Of a stretch of 64,000 nucleotides of DNA, positions 51,529 through 62,910 are shown piece by piece. Location: the NCBI GenBank assembly GCA_963718615.1, contig OY970368.1, positions 2,656,001-2,720,000 of the forward strand. The letters run 5' to 3'. Every line of letters begins with the position of its first letter. Positions within the stretch are counted from its first letter, which is position 1. Source of the DNA: an uncultured cyanobacterium. Its GTDB lineage: Bacteria > Cyanobacteriota > Cyanobacteriia > PCC-9006 > JAAUQQ01. The translations under genes were made by a program, and so were the position numbers. The notes under the pieces are model-generated. The model was given only the letters and a program-made list of their open reading frames with translations, made no database searches and was not told the origin of the DNA.

Positions 51529-52656
51529 TCAGTCAATGTAAGATCTTAGTAGCCGAATCACCGCATCAATCGAAGCAAACGAAGCTGTTTCTTGAGTCGT
51601 GTGATACCCCGTGGTGGGAATTTGTAGGGTCGTCCCACTAATTTTTCCATCGGTGGCCGCAACCAATCGACCTAACTCCGTACGACCAAAGGAGAGGGGC
51701 TTTTTGCGTTCCAGATTTTTAGCCTCAATGTAGGCATCCTTAAAGCTAAAGGTGATGCCCATCTGTTCACATTTTTCAGCAATTTCGTGAGTAATAGGCT
51801 GGGCAAAGACTGCACTAGCGTCCTTACGACGGAGAACAATCTGTTGTTCATCGGCAACCTCGCGACTGGGGTAGGGGCTTGTATCCAACACTAGCAACCG
51901 CTGAGTTTCCAGATTTTGGCGCTGAAACCAAGCCAGGGCGTAGCGCCAACTGCGACCGGCTTCTTCTTGAGCGGTAAAGAGGGCCGTCCCCTGAAAGCCG
52001 CAGCGAAATAGATAAATGAGAATCGCCGCACTCAGAACATTGTCGAGCTGCGCGGAAACGTAGCCATTTTCGAAGTGGAGGCGATCGAGAAATGAAACCG
52101 GCGTACCAGGCTGCAAGAAATCAAGTCCCTCGACTTCAAAAATTAAATTGTTTCGGGCCGGACAGATATAAGTATTTGTGATGCATCCCTGCCCTAAATA
52201 GGTCCCTGTATAGGGTAAATGGGCTTGGACTCGCTGTCCTTGAAAGCGATGTTTGATAGTATGCATCATCTGCTCAGACACCGAATCACCGGTCAATTCT
52301 GACTGATTACTGGCAATAAAAGCGGCGTATTGAAACTCATTCGGTCCGGTACAGAGCAAACCATGGCGATCGATATGGGCCGAAAGAATCAAATCATGGG
52401 GTCGCTCTCCCTGAGCCACCAGCAGTCCTTGATAATGGTTGACCTGAGCTCCGACCTCTTCTAATTCACGCTTGAGCACTCGAAAAAAAGAATCTTCAGT
52501 ACCAACGACCGAGGGTTCTCGAACCAGCAGTTGCAGAATATTGAAGAACTCTTCTATGTCGATAGGCTCGTTTTTTTCATCCTTTGATCTGAGCAGTGGC
52601 TCAGATATTGTTTTTTCTACAACCGTTTGGGCGATCGCAACATCTAAAGGGCTCAT
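51529..52656 (-). CDS. M42/M28-family metallopeptidase-like protein
   Basis: SAHIDRHG, AQLDN, FTAQEEAG, LDTS and GYHT. Confidence 0.8.
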   Translation of the reverse strand: MSPLDVAIAQTVVEKTISEPLLRSKDEKNEPIDIEEFFNILQLLVREPSVVGTEDSFFRVLKRELEEVGAQVNHYQGLLVAQGERPHDLILSAHIDRHGLLCTGPNEFQYAAFIASNQSELTGDSVSEQMMHTIKHRFQGQRVQAHLPYTGTYLGQGCITNTYICPARNNLIFEVEGLDFLQPGTPVSFLDRLHFENGYVSAQLDNVLSAAILIYLFRCGFQGTALFTAQEEAGRSWRYALAWFQRQNLETQRLLVLDTSPYPSREVADEQQIVLRRKDASAVFAQPITHEIAEKCEQMGITFSFKDAYIEAKNLERKKPLSFGRTELGRLVAATDGKISGTTLQIPTTGYHTTQETASFASIDAVIRLLRSYID

Positions 52657-52867
52657 AGAGTAAACCTTTGGGTGGAAAGGAAAGACCAATACAACAGCAA
52701 TTCACGCATCAAAGTCATCCTTCCGTCAGGCTACCGTGCCACGCAGTCCCTTGCGGTGTGTCCCGATACAGGCGGGAAATCAGTCTTGCATTAAATTTTT
52801 TCCATGGCCTTTTCCGAGGTGAGTACCAAAGCGGAAGGCTACCCACAAGATTGCACTGAAGGTTGCG

Positions 52868-53890
52868 CTAACCGTTACCAAACCCCGCTGGATCAATTTC
52901 ACCCTGACGACAGCCCTGGGCCGCACGGGGGGCAGCCCGCAACAGCGTTTGAATGGGGGTATTAGGTTCGATCTTGCCCCGGAGATTCAGCCATAGCTCA
53001 ACCACCATGATCTCCTTATCTTCATCAATATCCTGGGCACATTTCACTTCGACTTTCTCACCGCTTCCTACACCAAAGGCTTGATCAAATTGGCTGCGAA
53101 TTTCGGTATTTGTGAGTAAGAAATTGATATTATTGGTCAGGAGTTGTTGAACTTCAGAACGATTGATTTGGTCGAGCAGGGCGATCGCCTCTTGAAAGTA
53201 TTCTTCCGGTGTATTGCTATAGCAAGTACCATGCTTATACCATTCATGGCGATGCAAATTTGACGCCACACCAGGCATGCGTTCCGCTAAGGCCGTACGG
53301 GTTTGACGAGAAAGATCCAGTTCGGGAAGCTCAGACCAACGACTCGCCTTGTCCAACTGAATGAGCTTTTGACTGACACCACAATAGGTATTAGTTTCGG
53401 GTTGGGGCCAAAGACCATGCAAAACCAGATGGGAGGCATCGAAGCGATCGCCCGTCTGACTTTGGCATTCGGGTTTATTGGGTTTGGTTTCACAAAAGGA
53501 AGGTTGCCAACTCAGCGCCAGCAGAAAGTCAGCGTTCTTGGAGGTTTGGCCACTGGTTTGGACACTGGTTTGGCCGATGACAGAACTCGCATCAGCCCCT
53601 AACTGACCGCAACTGACGGGTACCCAACGCTCGCTAGGTTTGGCCGCAGCAATGTGCAGGAGATAGTGGGAGGCGTTGTCACGATTTTTGCCCAGCACGG
53701 TATAGCTCATGCCGGACTGAAGCCGAATATTCCCCGGATTCGTCCGCTTTTTAATTGACTGGACCGCCTCACAGGTCTGCTTCGCGACGAATTGGCCCTC
53801 CATCGGCACCAAAGCCTGGGCGGGGGCGGGCCACAGCCATAACGGCCCCAGCAAAATTGCGATTAACAGAACGGATTTTAGTGAATTCAT
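52868..53890 (-). CDS. secreted ribonuclease T2
   Basis: signal peptide, LALSWQPSFC, LHGLWP (CAS I) and HEWYKHGTC (CAS II). Confidence 0.93.
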   Translation of the reverse strand: MNSLKSVLLIAILLGPLWLWPAPAQALVPMEGQFVAKQTCEAVQSIKKRTNPGNIRLQSGMSYTVLGKNRDNASHYLLHIAAAKPSERWVPVSCGQLGADASSVIGQTSVQTSGQTSKNADFLLALSWQPSFCETKPNKPECQSQTGDRFDASHLVLHGLWPQPETNTYCGVSQKLIQLDKASRWSELPELDLSRQTRTALAERMPGVASNLHRHEWYKHGTCYSNTPEEYFQEAIALLDQINRSEVQQLLTNNINFLLTNTEIRSQFDQAFGVGSGEKVEVKCAQDIDEDKEIMVVELWLNLRGKIEPNTPIQTLLRAAPRAAQGCRQGEIDPAGFGNG

Positions 53891-53982
53891 GAACGATTAA
53901 CTGAGCCGTCTGCTCAACCCGAAGGATTGTCTCAATTCTGTCTAGGGCATAGAACCGCAGGCGTCACCCGCGCGGGCCATTC

Positions 53983-55479
53983 CTAGCCCACCAGGTGAGA
54001 TTCCACCAGATCAGCCAAACGTGCCGTCCAGGTTTCGACGAGCACTGCATCCGCTGCTTCGACCATGACCCGGATGAGGGGTTCGGTGCCTGAAGCCCGC
54101 ACGAGGACGCGGCCCCGATCGCCCATCGCCGTTTCAGCTTGGGCGATCGCCGCCATCAAGGGTTCACAGGTTTGCCACTGCATCCGCTTTTCCCGGTCTT
54201 CAACACGCACATTGCGCAGGAGCTGGGGATAGGTTTGGAAGCTTTGGCCCACGAGCTCGGCCAGGGAGGTTTGTGTCTCTTGCACCAAGGCCGTGAGGTG
54301 CAGCGCCGTCAGCAAACCGTCACCGGTTAGCCCATGGTGACGACAGAGGATATGACCCGACTGCTCGCCCCCCAGCATCGCCCCCAGGATTTCCATCTCT
54401 GCTTGCACATGCTGATCGCCCACGGCGGTGCGGATGAAGGTGCCACCGACTTCCTGCCAAGCCCGTTCAAACCCGAGATTGGCCATGACTGTCGTGACAA
54501 TTGTGTCGCCGGGAAGTTTGCCCTGCCGCCGCAGGTGAGTTCCCCACAGATAGAGAATATAGTCGCCGTCCACCGCTTGACCCTGGTGATCAACCGCGAG
54601 AACCCGATCGGCATCCCCATCAAAGGCAAACCCCAGGTGAGCGCCCTGGTCCCGCACGGCCTGCTGTAGCCGGTGCAGGTGGGTAGAGCCGCAGTTAACA
54701 TTGATGCGATCGCCATCGGGCTGATCATGGAGACAAATCAGCTCGGTCCCCAGGGCACGGAAAACCATCGGGGCCATCTGAGCCGCCGCGCCCCAGGCCA
54801 AATCCAGGACGACCTTAAGACCCTCAAAGGACTCGACACCGAGGGAATCCCGCAGAGAAAGCACATAGCGATCGAGCAAGTCGGGGGTAGATTGGTAACG
54901 ACCGTGGGGGCGATCGCCCAGCCGTTCCGGCCACTGGCCTCGCATCCCTTGCTCAATTCGACCTTGCAGCACCTTAGATAATTTTGTCCCAGCCGCACCA
55001 AATACCTTAATGCCATTGTCTGCTGGGGGGTTGTGGCTTGCAGAAATCATCACGCCGCCGATCGCCGCCGTCGTACTGGTAAGATAGGCCACCGCAGGGG
55101 TAGGACAGAGCCCCAAATGCCAAACCTCTAAGCCCGCAGACGTCAGACCCGCCGCCAAGGCCATGGCGAGGCTATGGCTAGAATTGCGAGAATCCTGGCC
55201 GACGAGAATAGGGCCGCTGGGCAACCCCACTTGCTGAGCTTCAGCCTGGAGAACTTGCCCCGTCCAAAAGCCAATTTGCAACGCCAAGGGCACCGTTAAG
55301 ATCTCACCCACTTTGCCCCGAATCCCATCTGTCCCAAACAACGGACTTTGGGGAAGGGTCAGCGTACACCACTGGGCAAGTTGCTCAGGGGTCAGCCCTT
55401 CCAACACCGGAGCCATGGACCGGAGCGACTGAGCCCCCAACGTCTGAGACGCGAAAGAAATCATCTTCAAACTCCACAC
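53983..55479 (-). CDS. glmM: phosphoglucosamine mutase
   Basis: [32 protein letters not shown] and GGEQSGH; start uncertain. Confidence 0.93.
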   Translation of the reverse strand: MWSLKMISFASQTLGAQSLRSMAPVLEGLTPEQLAQWCTLTLPQSPLFGTDGIRGKVGEILTVPLALQIGFWTGQVLQAEAQQVGLPSGPILVGQDSRNSSHSLAMALAAGLTSAGLEVWHLGLCPTPAVAYLTSTTAAIGGVMISASHNPPADNGIKVFGAAGTKLSKVLQGRIEQGMRGQWPERLGDRPHGRYQSTPDLLDRYVLSLRDSLGVESFEGLKVVLDLAWGAAAQMAPMVFRALGTELICLHDQPDGDRINVNCGSTHLHRLQQAVRDQGAHLGFAFDGDADRVLAVDHQGQAVDGDYILYLWGTHLRRQGKLPGDTIVTTVMANLGFERAWQEVGGTFIRTAVGDQHVQAEMEILGAMLGGEQSGHILCRHHGLTGDGLLTALHLTALVQETQTSLAELVGQSFQTYPQLLRNVRVEDREKRMQWQTCEPLMAAIAQAETAMGDRGRVLVRASGTEPLIRVMVEAADAVLVETWTARLADLVESHLVG

Positions 55480-55715
55480 AGAAATAGCGCAATTGCACAG
55501 GTATAGTGAGCCATGACATCCATGCGGTAATGCGGCAACGTGGCCATAAGGGGCCTATACCCGAGGCTCCCACCTAACGTTCTTCGGGGGCAAGGTCAGG
55601 ATATCAGAATAAATGCCTGTGTCGGAGCATAGCATTATTGCCTCAGTCCTGCGAGTCGTCCATTTTACTCGGACTTTACCCGGACATCCCTGTTGGCCTC
55701 CTGGAGCCATCTGTC

Positions 55716-56711
55716 ATGATTGATTTTTTGACCTTTCTCCGTTGTCTCACCTGGAAAACCTGGGTGCAGGCCATTCGCAGCGCGGGCCAGCAGCGGCTCA
55801 TGGGGTTGGCCTCGGAGATGGCCTACAATGCGACGCTCTCTCTTTTTCCGGCAATTTTGGCGCTGTTAACGGCAATCGGTCTCTTTGATGCCCCGCGCAC
55901 AGCGGCCCGGCGGCTGGCGGATCAGGTGGAAGCCGTGGCCCCGCTCCAGGTAGTCAATCTGGTGCAGGATTTCGTGGCGGACATTACCAATCGCAATCAG
56001 GGCCTGTTCTCCCTCAGTACGGTGGGAGCACTCTGGGCGATGTCGAGCGCGATTGGGGCTGCGATGGTCGCCATGGACCAGATCCATCAAATTCCCCCCA
56101 AACAACGGCGTCCGTTTTGGAAGCACCGGATTTTGGCGCTGTTTATTGCCATAGGCAGTATTGCGATGCTGCTAGGGGCAATTTTCTTGATTTTTGTCAG
56201 CGATTTTGCGGTACGGCTCCTGGCGAGTCAGAGTGGCGCATTTGAAATTTTTCTGCTGCGGCTGTGGCAGTGGTTGAGTTTGCCCATTGCCTTGGGGTTG
56301 GTGGCGATCGCCTTCTCCGTCATCTACCGTTGGGGACCGAGTCAATGGCGATCGGGAACGCCGATTTTGCCAGGAGCAGTCTTGGCCGCGATTTGCTGGG
56401 CGGGGCTATCGCTCCTTTTCCGCAATTATGTTCTGCAAATCGTGGACTACAATCGCACCTATGGCACCCTAGGCACGGTAATTGTTTTATTGCTCTGGCT
56501 GTACCTGGGCTGTTTGGTCATGCTCATGGGCAACCAGCTCAACATTACCGTGGGTAGCCTAGCGGGTACGATTCGTAACGGTAGCAATCGCGCTGGGGGC
56601 CGCAACCCGCAACGAAATAACTCAGGGTTCCGTCTAGGAGGATCGTCGCGGTCGCGTCGTCGCCAAGATCCCTACGGCAATCGTGAAGAAGAGGAGGACC
56701 CAGAGGACTAG
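55716..56711 (+). CDS. YihY/BrkB family membrane protein
   Basis: LASEMAYN..LSLFP and YNRTYGTLG.VIVLLLWLY. Confidence 0.9.
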   Translation: MIDFLTFLRCLTWKTWVQAIRSAGQQRLMGLASEMAYNATLSLFPAILALLTAIGLFDAPRTAARRLADQVEAVAPLQVVNLVQDFVADITNRNQGLFSLSTVGALWAMSSAIGAAMVAMDQIHQIPPKQRRPFWKHRILALFIAIGSIAMLLGAIFLIFVSDFAVRLLASQSGAFEIFLLRLWQWLSLPIALGLVAIAFSVIYRWGPSQWRSGTPILPGAVLAAICWAGLSLLFRNYVLQIVDYNRTYGTLGTVIVLLLWLYLGCLVMLMGNQLNITVGSLAGTIRNGSNRAGGRNPQRNNSGFRLGGSSRSRRRQDPYGNREEEEDPED

Positions 56712-57074
56712 ACCCTGTACAAAAGAGAGGACACCCAACCCTCGCAAAACCCAGAAAGATAGGGTTACAACCAGGCTAGTTAAAAATAGAACCAGACGAG
56801 GAGACATACAAAAATCCGCTTTTTGACTAAAAACTCAAGTTTTGGCTAAAGCCCTCTGCAAACATCCTTGCCCCCAAGATAGCTGGAAAAATAGCCGGAA
56901 CCATAACTGGAAAATTTGATTGCACCGAATTTCCATTGGCGCGTTATCGTAGTCATCAATTTGTGATTGTTTGTGATTGTCTGATCGATCCCTTCGCTCT
57001 GCCGCTTCGACGTTTTCGTCCAACACCGCCAACGCTCTCCAACCGCCAATTGCCCCCAACCGCCCCCCAACACC

Positions 57075-59258
57075 ATGATGAAGCCCTTTAAATTAATGGT
57101 GAAGCAACCCAAGCTGAATTTTATTCTGTTGGCCAGTGCGGTCACAGCCCTGGCCTTAGGGGCGGCGGCGGGATTGTTGATCCCAACCTTGAGCACGCTC
57201 AAATCAGCCCAGACGGGCAGCGAACAACGCTCTAGCCATCAACCCGATAGTCAGGGATTGAATGCCCTCAGCAATTTGCAGCTAGAACTGATTGCCAATC
57301 GTCCGGACGCAGATCTAGCCCGCAGTCGGGCTCGCTATATTTTGGCGTCGCGATCGCTCTTGGATCGCCCAGAGGACAGTCTGAAATGGCTCACAGGCTT
57401 AGAAAAGGACTACGCCCTGCTCGCGCCCCACATCCTCAGTTTGCGTGCCCAGGCCCAGAGCAAGCAGGGCCATGAGAACCAGGCAGAAGCCACCTGGAAA
57501 ACCCTGGCCCAGACCTATGAAAAAAGTCCAGTCGTGGTCGAAGCTTGGGTGGCGCTGGGCAAGAAGGATCAGAGCTATGGGGACCGGGCGATCGCCCAAT
57601 ATCCCGCCCATCCCGCCACGGTTCAATTAGCGCTCGATCGCCTCAAAACCGACCCCGAGAATGTACCGCTGATGCTGATCGTGGCCCGCTATGGTCATCA
57701 TCTGCCGGAATTGCCCAGTATTTTGTCGAAGCTGATCGAAAAACACGCCGCCCAACTCACACCGGAGCATTGGGAAGAAATTGCCTTTGCCTACTGGGAA
57801 AAACTGGACTTTGTCGGTGCGGCCAAAGCCTACGCCAAAGCACCCCCCACGGCCCTGCATCTCTATCGCACCGCCCGCAGTTTGCAGCTCAGCGAACAGC
57901 AAACTAAATCAAAACCGATTTATCAGCAGATTCCCCAAACTTTTCCAGAGAGCGACGAAGCCGGTTTAGCACTGAAACGCTTGGCCGAGATGGAAACGGG
58001 GCAGAAAGCGATTCCATTGTGGGACCAGCTCATTGCCCGCTATCCAAACTACGCCGCTGAGGCATTACTGCAAAAGTCACGCATTCTCGACAAACTGAAC
58101 AGTCAGGCTTCGGCCTCACAAATCCGTCAGTTGCTGTTGGAAAAATACAGCAGTTCTGATGCGGCGGCGGAATTACGCTGGGAACTGGCGGAGAAATACG
58201 CAGCGGCGCGAAAACTGCCTGAAGCCATCCAGCTCGCGACCCGCATTACAGAAAACAATCCAGACCATGAAATTGCGCCCAAGGCAGGATTCTGGGCGGC
58301 TCGCTGGCTCCAAGCCCAGGGCCAGGATCGGCAAGCTGCAAAAACCTTTGAAACCGTCCTCAAACAACATCCAGAGTCCTACTACGCCTGGCGCTCCGCA
58401 GGGGTTTTGGGATTGCCTGTGGGGGATTTTCTCTCGGTGCGCCAGAGCAAACCCACCATGACCCAGCACCCTCAGCGGACAACTTTACCTACGGCATCTG
58501 ATCTCACCCGTGAGCTGTATTCCCTCGGTGAAGATCAGGCCGCCTGGCGGCTCTGGCAGGTGGAATATGTCCACCGCAAGGATCCGTCGGTGGCGGAACA
58601 GTTTACGGATGGCCTCTTGCGTTTGGGGGTAGGCGATCATTTGGATGGCATCTACATGGTGGGCAGTTTGGCCAATCGAGAAAAACCCGACGACAAAAAA
58701 GCCTACGCAGACCTCCGGCGTCAGGTGGGCTATTGGTATGCCCTGTACCCCCTGCCGTTCTTTAACGAAATTCAGCAAGCAGCCCAAGCCCAGCAGTTAA
58801 ATCCGCTGTTGGTAACGGCGCTCATCCGTCAAGAGTCGCGGTTTATGCCAGGGATTGAGTCGGTCGTAGGGGCAACGGGCCTGATGCAGGTTATGCCAGA
58901 GACGGCTGATTGGGTAGCTCCGAACGTGGGACTAAAGAGTTTTAAGCTCAACAATCCGCTGGACAATCTCAAGCTGGGTACCTGGTATCTCAAGTACACC
59001 CACGAGGAATGGGAGGGCAACTCGATGTTGGCAGTGGCGAGCTATAACGCTGGACCGGGCAATGTACAGGACTGGGTAACTCGGTTCCAAAATTCAGATG
59101 TGGATACATTTGTGGAGAAAATTCCGTTCCCAGAAACGCGCGGCTACGTGGAGTCGGTTTTTGAAAATTACTGGAATTACCTGCGGCTCTATAATCCAGA
59201 AACTTCGGCGTTACTAGCACAATATTCTGAGGAGCATGGTGCCTTGGCCAAACGCTAG
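57075..59258 (+). CDS. slt: soluble lytic transglycosylase with TPR-like repeats
   Basis: ALIRQESRF, GA.GLMQVMP.TA, ASYNAGPG and IPFPETRGYV. Confidence 0.92.
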   Translation: MMKPFKLMVKQPKLNFILLASAVTALALGAAAGLLIPTLSTLKSAQTGSEQRSSHQPDSQGLNALSNLQLELIANRPDADLARSRARYILASRSLLDRPEDSLKWLTGLEKDYALLAPHILSLRAQAQSKQGHENQAEATWKTLAQTYEKSPVVVEAWVALGKKDQSYGDRAIAQYPAHPATVQLALDRLKTDPENVPLMLIVARYGHHLPELPSILSKLIEKHAAQLTPEHWEEIAFAYWEKLDFVGAAKAYAKAPPTALHLYRTARSLQLSEQQTKSKPIYQQIPQTFPESDEAGLALKRLAEMETGQKAIPLWDQLIARYPNYAAEALLQKSRILDKLNSQASASQIRQLLLEKYSSSDAAAELRWELAEKYAAARKLPEAIQLATRITENNPDHEIAPKAGFWAARWLQAQGQDRQAAKTFETVLKQHPESYYAWRSAGVLGLPVGDFLSVRQSKPTMTQHPQRTTLPTASDLTRELYSLGEDQAAWRLWQVEYVHRKDPSVAEQFTDGLLRLGVGDHLDGIYMVGSLANREKPDDKKAYADLRRQVGYWYALYPLPFFNEIQQAAQAQQLNPLLVTALIRQESRFMPGIESVVGATGLMQVMPETADWVAPNVGLKSFKLNNPLDNLKLGTWYLKYTHEEWEGNSMLAVASYNAGPGNVQDWVTRFQNSDVDTFVEKIPFPETRGYVESVFENYWNYLRLYNPETSALLAQYSEEHGALAKR

Positions 59259-59508
59259 AGGAGCAACCATTTTTCGAGGAATCTATGGGTTTTCTCTCCC
59301 GATTTTCGACTCCCTCTCTTTTCCTGTTCCTGGGTTTTCTCTTGACGACATTGATTGGGGTGGCCAAAAATTCATTTGGGTATGAGCCAAGGCATGCTTC
59401 TGGCGCGGGTAGCTGACCAAGTTGCGTCTGAATCTGGTGAGCTATCAGTGGATGCAGGAAAGCCGAGAACGGTTGCTGCATTTGCCGAAAAGTCTTTAGA
59501 GTTAATAC

Positions 59509-60129
59509 TCACCACTCCCCCGCCAACTGCATCAATTCTGCTATCGCCCGAGCCAAAGCCTGATCGCGAACCGCCTCTTGAGCCAACTCATCCGCCACTA
59601 TGATCGTTACATCAATCACGCCAATCACGCCTAAAATTGCCTTTAAGTAAGGTTCCAGAAAATTTCGAGCGGCAGCATCTGTTCCTGATCGATAGTTAAA
59701 CTTACGGGTCGTAATAATTAACGCTTTTTTATTTTTAAGTGCACCGCTTGGTTTGCCCATTTCATCAAAGGTCAATGTGCGATCGCGTCGAATCACCTGA
59801 TCCAGATAAGCCTTAAACACCGAGGGCACCGTCAAGTTATACATCGGCATCGCAAACACATAGCGATCCGCAGCAAAGAGTTCATCAATTAAAATATCGG
59901 AAAGAGCAATAGCTTGATTCATTTGGGGCGATCGCGCCTCTGGCTGAGTTTCGTAAGCCTCTACCCAAATCTCATCCAGATGGGGAATCGGATCCCGAGC
60001 TAAATTGCGGTAAATGACCCGAGCCTCGGGGTTAAAAACCTGCCAAGACTCGATAAACTGTCGACTCAAACTTCGGGACTGAGAACCTTGGATCCGGGCA
60101 CTGGCATCAACCTGAAGAATCGTGGTCAT
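59509..60129 (-). CDS. azoR: FMN-dependent NADH-azoreductase
   Basis: ASAR...S.SR.L and PMYN..VPS..KAYLDQV; ATGA-coupled to the upstream gene. Confidence 0.85.
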   Translation of the reverse strand: MTTILQVDASARIQGSQSRSLSRQFIESWQVFNPEARVIYRNLARDPIPHLDEIWVEAYETQPEARSPQMNQAIALSDILIDELFAADRYVFAMPMYNLTVPSVFKAYLDQVIRRDRTLTFDEMGKPSGALKNKKALIITTRKFNYRSGTDAAARNFLEPYLKAILGVIGVIDVTIIVADELAQEAVRDQALARAIAELMQLAGEW

Positions 60130-61076
60130 TGTGCTACCACCGCCTTTAAGATATTCATCGGACCGATCGCCTTAAGTTGCGCAAGCTGTTCAGCATCTTT
60201 TACAAACAGTGACCCTGCGAACCCCAAGGAATTAATCGAAATCCCCGCAGAAGCTTCGGCCCGACGAGGAATGATCAAGAGCCAATCGCGGGTGGCTAAC
60301 AGATTGTAGGGGCGGGGCTGAAGGCGATCGCCTTCAGGACTAGACTCGGACCGTAAGTCTTCTGACCATAAGTCTTCTGACCGTAAGTCTTCTGACCATA
60401 AGTCCAAGGCTTTTAACATTGTTTTGTATAGATTCAAAGTCCCCTGGGCCGCCGCCGTTAGATCCTGATTCCAATCGAAATTGAGGGGGGCGATCGCATG
60501 GTGAAAGGGCAACGCGCTTTGATTCAGCCCTGCTCGAAATTCTCTTGGGTTAAAAACCGCTTCCATCGGCAACGCCGGTCCCTCGGGCACCATGGGCAAG
60601 GGAACTAATTGCAAATGCTTATGACGCTGACTGGCTCCAGCCAGTTTGCCCCCGTTATAGAACGCTAATCCATCTATTTCCCGCAACGTTAACCCCATCG
60701 CTTCAAAATCCTGAACCGTTAGCAAACTGTCTTGGGATTCAAAGGCTCGGGTAATCATCAACAAATGATGATCCACGACATTAAATTTATTGAGAATACA
60801 AACATGGGTCGGGGAGAGATCAGCCACAAACAGATCTGGATCGTAGGGCAAAAACGGATTGAACGCTTCGCCTTGCAATAGCTTACGCTCGGCCCCTGCT
60901 CGCGCTTTCCGTAGAATGTTAGCGGCAATTCGCACCACAAAGGGAATGCCTGCATCTACGACGAGCTCACTGTCCGTTGCGATCGGCTGCAGTGCGCCAC
61001 AGGCCAAACCATGCTGGGTCGCTGCGAGGGTACGGGACCAGAGAGTATTGGGTGTCAGCAATGGATCCGTCATCAT
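60126..61076 (-). CDS. ATP adenylyltransferase / Ap4A phosphorylase
   Basis: FNPFLPY, LNKFNV..HHLL, FYNGG..AGASQ.HKHLQ and INSLGFAG. Confidence 0.9.
   Translation of the reverse strand: MMTDPLLTPNTLWSRTLAATQHGLACGALQPIATDSELVVDAGIPFVVRIAANILRKARAGAERKLLQGEAFNPFLPYDPDLFVADLSPTHVCILNKFNVVDHHLLMITRAFESQDSLLTVQDFEAMGLTLREIDGLAFYNGGKLAGASQRHKHLQLVPLPMVPEGPALPMEAVFNPREFRAGLNQSALPFHHAIAPLNFDWNQDLTAAAQGTLNLYKTMLKALDLWSEDLRSEDLWSEDLRSESSPEGDRLQPRPYNLLATRDWLLIIPRRAEASAGISINSLGFAGSLFVKDAEQLAQLKAIGPMNILKAVVAQ
60349..60404 (-). repeat. in-frame 15-bp repeat encoding DL(W/R)SE x about 4
   Basis: protein reads DLWSEDLRSEDLWSEDLRSE. Confidence 0.9.
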
Positions 61077-61213
61077 CAAGTTCGTGATCATTTTACCGCG
61101 TTCTCTCGCTCAGGGGGATTGAGAGCGTTTCAAAAATGGCAACCCAGGCTTGGCCGCCGTTGAGACCCCCTAATCTGAAGCCATAGACAAGCTTTCCCAC
61201 ACCATAAAGCCTT

Positions 61214-62734
61214 ATGAAGCCTAACGTTTCTCTGGGCCTGTTGACCCTTTTGCTCGCCGCCATGGTGGGGCCGGAGGGGGCGATCGCAACCCCCGCCATC
61301 GGTAACCCAACAATGCCTTTGACAGCCATGCCCTTGGCCCAAACCTGGGGAATTCTAGACTCAGAGCCAGCCCCTCCGGCTCCAACCGCAGCGCCCTCAG
61401 AGACGGTCTCCCCCAATCTAGAAGAGCCGAAGACGATGCCCAGTCCCAGTGAGCAGCTTCGAGCGGCGCAAGATCGCTACCGCACCGTCATCGACCAAAC
61501 CGTGGCCATGGTCAATAATCCCGAAGCCCAACGCCTCGCCCAGCGCTTCGGTCTCAACATTCTCAACATCACTTGGGAGGATACAGGCCGATACAAAGGC
61601 TCCTCGGTGGGTCCCAACATCAGCGATATGACCATTCAGGTGCAGCAGCGTGATCTTCGTAGTGGCCAATACAACCTCAGCCTAATGCCTGTGATTCGGC
61701 ATCCAAATTTTTCCGATGAAACCGCCGATGTCGATCTCGACAAATTCTTTGTCCTCGTTGGCAACGAAAAGGGAAAAGACCTCCAGCGGGTGTCCGTGCG
61801 TGAACTCCTGGGCAATTTACGTCAATATCTCCATGAACCGGAGTCTTGGAAAGGTCGACAACTGTCCCTGCTTGCGCCCCGTGATAGCCATGCGTTGGTC
61901 AGCGCTCAAGCCGCATTTTTGCCAATTCCCCAAACGGGCGAAGCTCAATTTAATCCCGTTTTATTTAACTATCAATCCTATCCAGACAATCCAGCGGTTT
62001 TGACGATTTTGGCTACCCGTGAGGGAACCAGCGTTACGGTGATTGATAATACCCGAGATGGCTTCGAGGCCGGAGCAACCTGGGGGCAGCGGCTCTTTTT
62101 TAACAAAAATGGTGAACGGGCCAGTCTGACTGGAAAACGGCTCAGCGATTTTAACCGCGAGGGCGACAGCAATGCCGGTGACTCCTCAGCGATTGCAACC
62201 GCTCCTAACGTGACCGAAGCAGATGGCGTCAACATGGTGTTGCTCATCCAAGTCCCGCTCAAGCAAAAGGAACAGCCTCGCCAAGTCACAGGCAACCTCG
62301 CTGATGGGGCAAACCTGCCCATGGCTGCTGCTCCCACTGCGGCGATGGAGGCGGCTAAGAGTGATGTGGAAGCGGCAGTGGTGGGCCATGGCGCAGTGGA
62401 AGGCCCGTTTACGGAAATTGACAATTTGGCGATCGAGCGGGATCCACGCTTCCCGATACGGGCCACCGTGCAGTTTTACAAGGCCACGAGCAATGGCATC
62501 GTCTCTGAGTCAGATCTGCAACAGATTCATCAACAAATTAGCCGAGTCTATGCAGGGGGAGACTACGTGGGCAGCTTGGTGACGGAAGGTGCAACCCAGC
62601 GGCCTACGGAATACGACGGTCCGAAGCAAGAACCCCCTGATTGGTGGAGTAACTTTTGGCAACGTCATGAGCAAAACACCGGACAATCTCGCGGGGTGGT
62701 TTGGGATTTGTGGCAGCGGTTGCTGGGACAATAA
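61214..62734 (+). CDS. exported hypothetical protein
   Basis: signal peptide; globular blocks WEDTGRYKGSSVGPNISDMTIQV and FNPVLFNYQS. Confidence 0.75.
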   Translation: MKPNVSLGLLTLLLAAMVGPEGAIATPAIGNPTMPLTAMPLAQTWGILDSEPAPPAPTAAPSETVSPNLEEPKTMPSPSEQLRAAQDRYRTVIDQTVAMVNNPEAQRLAQRFGLNILNITWEDTGRYKGSSVGPNISDMTIQVQQRDLRSGQYNLSLMPVIRHPNFSDETADVDLDKFFVLVGNEKGKDLQRVSVRELLGNLRQYLHEPESWKGRQLSLLAPRDSHALVSAQAAFLPIPQTGEAQFNPVLFNYQSYPDNPAVLTILATREGTSVTVIDNTRDGFEAGATWGQRLFFNKNGERASLTGKRLSDFNREGDSNAGDSSAIATAPNVTEADGVNMVLLIQVPLKQKEQPRQVTGNLADGANLPMAAAPTAAMEAAKSDVEAAVVGHGAVEGPFTEIDNLAIERDPRFPIRATVQFYKATSNGIVSESDLQQIHQQISRVYAGGDYVGSLVTEGATQRPTEYDGPKQEPPDWWSNFWQRHEQNTGQSRGVVWDLWQRLLGQ

Positions 62735-62910
62735 CGCAAGCCATCCTCGTAAACACCCACACCAGCGGGCTAAAGATGTTGCCCAATATTAAGTGACCAA
62801 GGGCTTAAAAAACTGCCGATTTGGCAACCTTTTTTAGATCTCCTGTGGAATATTGGCGGTGAGACTCAGATCGCGATCGCCCCCTCTAACCTCACCCGGA
62901 GATAATCCCC

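Noticed and set aside
52700-52800. possible glutamine (glnA-type) riboswitch upstream of the M42-like gene
   Set aside because: only a GACGGAAG fragment matches; flanking consensus and P1 pairing not found
59259-59415. stop-codon readthrough or small TM peptide after slt
   Set aside because: the slt frame closes again after about 28 codons; no convincing start or RBS for the hydrophobic frame
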